From Monosiga brevicollis MX1 (taxonomy: Eukaryota), in NCBI RefSeq assembly GCF_000002865.3, contig NW_001865083.1, positions 1 to 37,069 of the forward strand: a stretch of 37,069 nucleotides of DNA, read 5' to 3'. Position numbers and translations under genes: made by a program. The notes beneath the pieces are model-generated. The model saw only the letters and a program-made list of their open reading frames with translations, did not search any database and was not told the origin of the DNA. Positions 33,339 to 37,069 of the stretch are shown piece after piece (positions within the stretch are counted from its first letter, which is position 1; every line of letters begins with the position of its first letter).

Positions 33339-33930
33339 CTAACCGAGACCATCCTTGACGCCACGGATGCGACGCGCCAGCTGCAATCAAGAAATGAACC
33401 CCCCACAGATGAGACGACGACGCATCAAAAGAAAAGGCATGGATTTGCCCAATCTGGACACCACTCGAGCAAAAAAAAAAAAAACCGCACCTGAATGTCC
33501 CTGACCATGAGCGTCACACGCTTGGCATGGATGGCGCAAAGATTGCCGTCCTCCAAGAGGCGAACAATGTAGGCTTCGGCAGCCTCTTGCAGTGCCTCAA
33601 TGGCCTTGGCTTGCCACCGGAGCGGGGCAGTGTGATAAAAGTCTTGGGCCACCTCGCGCACAACGCGCGCAAAGGGCAGTTTGCGGATCAATAGGTTTGT
33701 TGACTTTTGGTATCGCCGAATCTCACGCAGGGCCACAGTCCCTGGCCGAAACCGGTGACGGGTTTGGCGGGTCCCACCACCCGCGGTGCGCGCCGTGGAG
33801 GCATTGCGTTGTGCTGCAATGGCAAATCCAACCGAGGGCATGAGTTCCATCAAAGAGGCACACAGGGCGAGGGTCAGCGCGTAAAGCAAAACGCACATGA
33901 AGAAGATGCTGTTGCTTTTGTACGCGCCAT
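33339..33930 (-). CDS. CENPA: Centromeric histone H3 variant (CENP-A/CenH3), 132 aa, 3 exons
   Basis: Exons 33897-33930, 33491-33813 and 33339-33380 give [132 protein letters not shown]. CenH3 hallmarks are present: Q68->A, F84->W, T107->G, a longer loop 1, and divergent N- and C-tails. Confidence 0.88.
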
Positions 33931-34958
33931 AGTGTTGACACAGATCAGAGCCTGGACGGCTACCCTGGACAGCTCACAACTGGGGCAGCTCAAACTGGCT
34001 CAAAATTGGGGCAGCTAAAATTCCGGGGCACCGAAAAACCGGAGATATCCAGCACGTTCCACGCAAAAGGGTTCAGCACCCCAGCTGCTGACAGTGTGAA
34101 CCGGAGATGGCCGCAAGCATCGTGAGTCACACGGGCCAAGTGCGCATGAGGTTGCGAGCTGAGATGAAAAAGCGCGACATACCGATCGAGTTGAGACGAA
34201 CAAAGGGTTCAGACACGCTCAATGTCGAACGAAATCGATCAGGCTGGCATAAAAGGCGCGGGCTGGTGTATGGCAGAGAACCAGACTGAGCTTGAATAGA
34301 AGTAGTATACGTATAGAACCAGCTCGTCTGGTCACGGCAATTGTCGCCGCAAAAGCCTCCAACGCCTGCGAATTGGCTCGGTCCGCTGGCACTTTGGGAG
34401 ACGCAGCTGCTGTTGGCACAACTCGCTGTTGCCACACTCAAGTGAAGAGAGAGCACCAACGATGATAGCGGCGGCAACCAAGCCAGAGCCACCTTGCTTA
34501 ACCGTCCAAGAACGAGTCCAGATGACCCGCTACAAGACAGATAACGAGCGCACGCCGCAGCCCTCTGGGGGTCGTGAGGAGTGAGAGAGAGAGAGAGGGC
34601 GGCTCTGTGTGTGTGTGTGTCTTGAGCAGCGCCAGCGCCGTTATGATAAAAAGGCGCCCGTTACTCGTTGCTTGCAAGCGACAAATGACGCTCTGTTACC
34701 ACATGTCATACATTCTTGGGGTAAGAGTGTGAGAACCCTTACACTTGTGATTTTGCTTGAAAGCAGATGCATCAGCGCAGTGCGGCAGTTGGAAAAACAA
34801 TATCTTGTTACAACATGAAAAAAAAAATGCGAACTCTCTCCGAGTCTGACCTCACGCTCCCTGGACCCATTTGGATCTCGCCCCGTGCCTTCTTGTCTGA
34901 TGACCCTCATACTGTGATCCACACCTGCCTCTCGCTTGTATCAATGATAATTCTCTAT

Positions 34959-35005
34959 CACACACACACACACATACACACACACACACATGCATACACA
35001 TACAC
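34959..35005. repeat. (CA)n microsatellite just 3' of the nitronate monooxygenase stop
   Basis: Direct reading. Confidence 0.9.
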
Positions 35006-35010
35006 ATTAA

Positions 35011-36078
35011 TTAAGCCGTAGGAGAAGATGCGGCGCGCCATTCGGCGGTGAGGAGGGCAACGAGGTCGTGGGCGGGGAGTGCACGGGCGTGATGGCTGGC
35101 GGTGCCGGCCCAATGGGCACCGTAGCCGAGTTCACGGTGGGCTTGGGCGATGGTGTCGAGGGCTTTGCCGAGGTCATAGGCGCAGGGGTAAGCGGGTATG
35201 TCAGAGGGGGTTATGGCTTGGTTAGCTTCCCATGCGGTGAAGCGGTTGTACAGGGCACGGGCAGGGCGGCCCGAGATGGCGCGGGTCATGACGGTGTGGG
35301 CGTCGGGTCCGAGGCGAGCCTTGTGGGCAGGACTGGCGTCGCTTTCGGGACAGGGGACAAAGGCAGTCCCCAGCTGAGCGGCGCCGGCACCCCAGGCGCG
35401 AGCGCGGTGGAGATCGGCGCCGGTCATGAGTCCACCCGCGGCAATGAGCGGCGTGCCTGGATGGGCTTGGGCCAGTTGGAGGGTAAGGTCTTTGGTTGAG
35501 AGTTGATCATCTGGCGCATCGGGATCAAAGACGCCGCGGTGGCCACCGGCCTCCCAGCCTTGGGCGACGATGGCGTCGAGCCCAAGATCGACAATTGCGT
35601 GCGCCTCTTTCAAGCAAGTTGCGGTGGCGACAAGCAAACAACCCGCACGACGCAGGGCCTGTGCTTGGTCGGGCCGCGGGAGGCCAAAGTGAAAGCTCAC
35701 GACGCGGGGTCGGGTGTGCAACAAAACCTCGAGGCAAGCATCCTCGTCATGAGTAAAGGAGGGGTAGATTTCTCGAAGCCGAGCAGGTGGTTGAGCTCCA
35801 AATTCAGCAAAGAGGGGTTTGGTCCGCTGGAGCCAGTGGCCTTCACGGTCTGTGTTTCTCCGGGCCGGGGTGTGGCAAAACACGTTGACGTTGAAGGGTT
35901 TGTCTGTGAGGGATTGCGTCAACTCGATGGCGTGGCGTGCTTTTGCTGGCGTGGCGGCCCCAAGGCCCAAAGCCCCGAGCGCCCCAGCATTCGACACGGC
36001 GGCCGCCATCACCGGCGTCGACACGCCAGCCATTGGCGCCTGCCACAGCGGCACGGCCAAGTTTAATGCCCTGAGCAT
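35011..36078 (-). CDS. Nitronate monooxygenase (2-nitropropane dioxygenase family, FMN TIM barrel), intronless
   Basis: Motifs PLWQAPMAG, AAAVSNAGALGALG, PFNVNVF, VVSFHFGLP, QGWEAGGHRG (catalytic His), PLIAAGG, AQLGTAF and TRAISGRPAR. ATG at 36078 gives 355 aa. Confidence 0.92.
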   Translation of the reverse strand: MLRALNLAVPLWQAPMAGVSTPVMAAAVSNAGALGALGLGAATPAKARHAIELTQSLTDKPFNVNVFCHTPARRNTDREGHWLQRTKPLFAEFGAQPPARLREIYPSFTHDEDACLEVLLHTRPRVVSFHFGLPRPDQAQALRRAGCLLVATATCLKEAHAIVDLGLDAIVAQGWEAGGHRGVFDPDAPDDQLSTKDLTLQLAQAHPGTPLIAAGGLMTGADLHRARAWGAGAAQLGTAFVPCPESDASPAHKARLGPDAHTVMTRAISGRPARALYNRFTAWEANQAITPSDIPAYPCAYDLGKALDTIAQAHRELGYGAHWAGTASHHARALPAHDLVALLTAEWRAASSPTA

Positions 36079-36302
36079 GTTGAACTGAAGCTCGTTGACC
36101 AAGCGTCTTTTTTTTTTTCGAGAGCGAGTCGTCAACCGTCCGTCCGGGCGGGCGGTCCGAGCCGCCCGTGCCACCTAAACGCGCCTGTTGATCTCCTCAA
36201 ACGCGCTTCTCCAAGACACCAACACCAACACCAACTACAACAGAAAGCAGAATAGCAGCACCACCACCACCACCACTACCACCACTCGACCAACAGAGTC
36301 AA

Positions 36303-36344
36303 GGGTCAGGGTCAGGGTCAGGGGGTCAGGGTCAGGGTCAGGGG
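36303..36344 (+). repeat. (GGGTCA/TCAGGG) hexamer array, six copies
   Basis: GGGTCAx3-GG-GGGTCAx3-GGGG, read directly. Confidence 0.9.
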
Positions 36345-36643
36345 AGCTGGAGCCCAGAACCGCTAAGCAGCGCCAAGGCGTAAAAGACTTATTACGTAAC
36401 AGCCCAACGGATTACAACACAGTGGTGGTTTTTTTCTTACATCTGGATGTACCGCAAAAATCGTTTTTGATGTCTCTGCATGTGATAATACATCCGTATG
36501 TTGTCTTAATTTGTTAATCTACTACATGTAGTGTACATAAGGAGATGGAGGATTTTATTTTGTTTTACACGTTAAAACTTTTTTCTGAATTTTTTTTTAT
36601 TTTTAATTTTTTTTAATTTTTTTTTTATTTTTGGTCGATTCGC

Positions 36644-36647
<4 letters not shown>

Positions 36648-36684
<37 letters not shown>
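36648..36684. repeat. (GT)n microsatellite following a poly-T/AT-rich tract
   Basis: Direct reading. Confidence 0.95.
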
Positions 36685-36690
<6 letters not shown>

Positions 36691-36946
36691 ACCGCCGTGT
36701 CGGTGTCGGTGCGCCCGTGCAGATACACCCCTCCCACCTCTCCACCACCTTCCCTTGCGCCTTTTAGCCGGCTACACGACCCTCACCAGCCGTGGATCAG
36801 TGCCATGGATCACGCATGGCTGGAAAAGGCGGCCCTGCTCAAGGACTTTGAAGCCCTCGTCACAAAGGCCAGGTATGGAGCCTTGCGTGCCACCGATGCC
36901 ATGGCGGCATGGAGCTAGAACGCCGTGGTTATCGATCCTCCCCCGC

Positions 36947-37020
36947 CTTTGCCCCTCTGCTGTTCCTCTGTTGTCGCCCCTCCCCTGTCTTTGCCGCTCT
37001 GCTGTCCCTCTGTTGTCGCC
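36947..37020. repeat. Two copies of a 32-bp direct repeat (period 42 bp)
   Basis: CTTTGCCCCTCTGCTGTTCCTCTGTTGTCGCC (36947-36978) versus CTTTGCCGCTCTGCTGTCCCTCTGTTGTCGCC (36989-37020), 30/32 identical. Confidence 0.85.
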
Positions 37021-37069
37021 TCGCTGGGAAGCTGCAAGTGTTTATACCCTAATGCGTTCAAGTGCTTCA

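Noticed and set aside
33425..33898. Canonical histone H3 with an apparent signal peptide (ORF track)
   Set aside because: The hydrophobic start and the FFFF end are intron sequence. The spliced product has CenH3 substitutions.
34015..34560. 121-aa minus-strand ORF with a signal-like start and Cys residues
   Set aside because: Non-ATG start and no recognisable domain. A small spliced gene cannot be excluded but is unsupported.
36807..36918. Possible first exon MDHAWLEKAALLKDFEALVTKAR of a plus-strand gene (donor-like AG|GTATGG at ~36872)
   Set aside because: Too short and at the window edge to assign or confirm.

Overview
Intron-rich eukaryotic DNA with short GT-AG introns and abundant CT/GA, CA/GT and GAT microsatellites. 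The style and gene content suggest a choanoflagellate such as Monosiga brevicollis (inference). The left ~8 kb looks subtelomeric. It holds a decayed telomere-linked RecQ/DEAH helicase, whose upstream domain has tyrosine-recombinase-like RH...H...Y spacing, next to a 15-exon gene for an ankyrin-repeat / coiled-coil / protein kinase (DFD) / PARP (H-Y-E) fusion with one ankyrin repeat per 99-bp exon. Next come an intronless exostosin (GT47) glycosyltransferase, a vWA-Hint (Vint) autoprocessing protein split by a frameshift, and a multi-exon VPS8. A 12-exon ~2340-aa type I membrane protein follows, with an extracellular JmjC dioxygenase fused to Cys-rich repeats, a large beta-rich region, an SEA-like domain and a TM helix. 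The window ends with a centromeric histone H3 (CENP-A) and an intronless bacterial-type nitronate monooxygenase. Exon boundaries were inferred by hand from splice signals and frame continuity. No database search was run.
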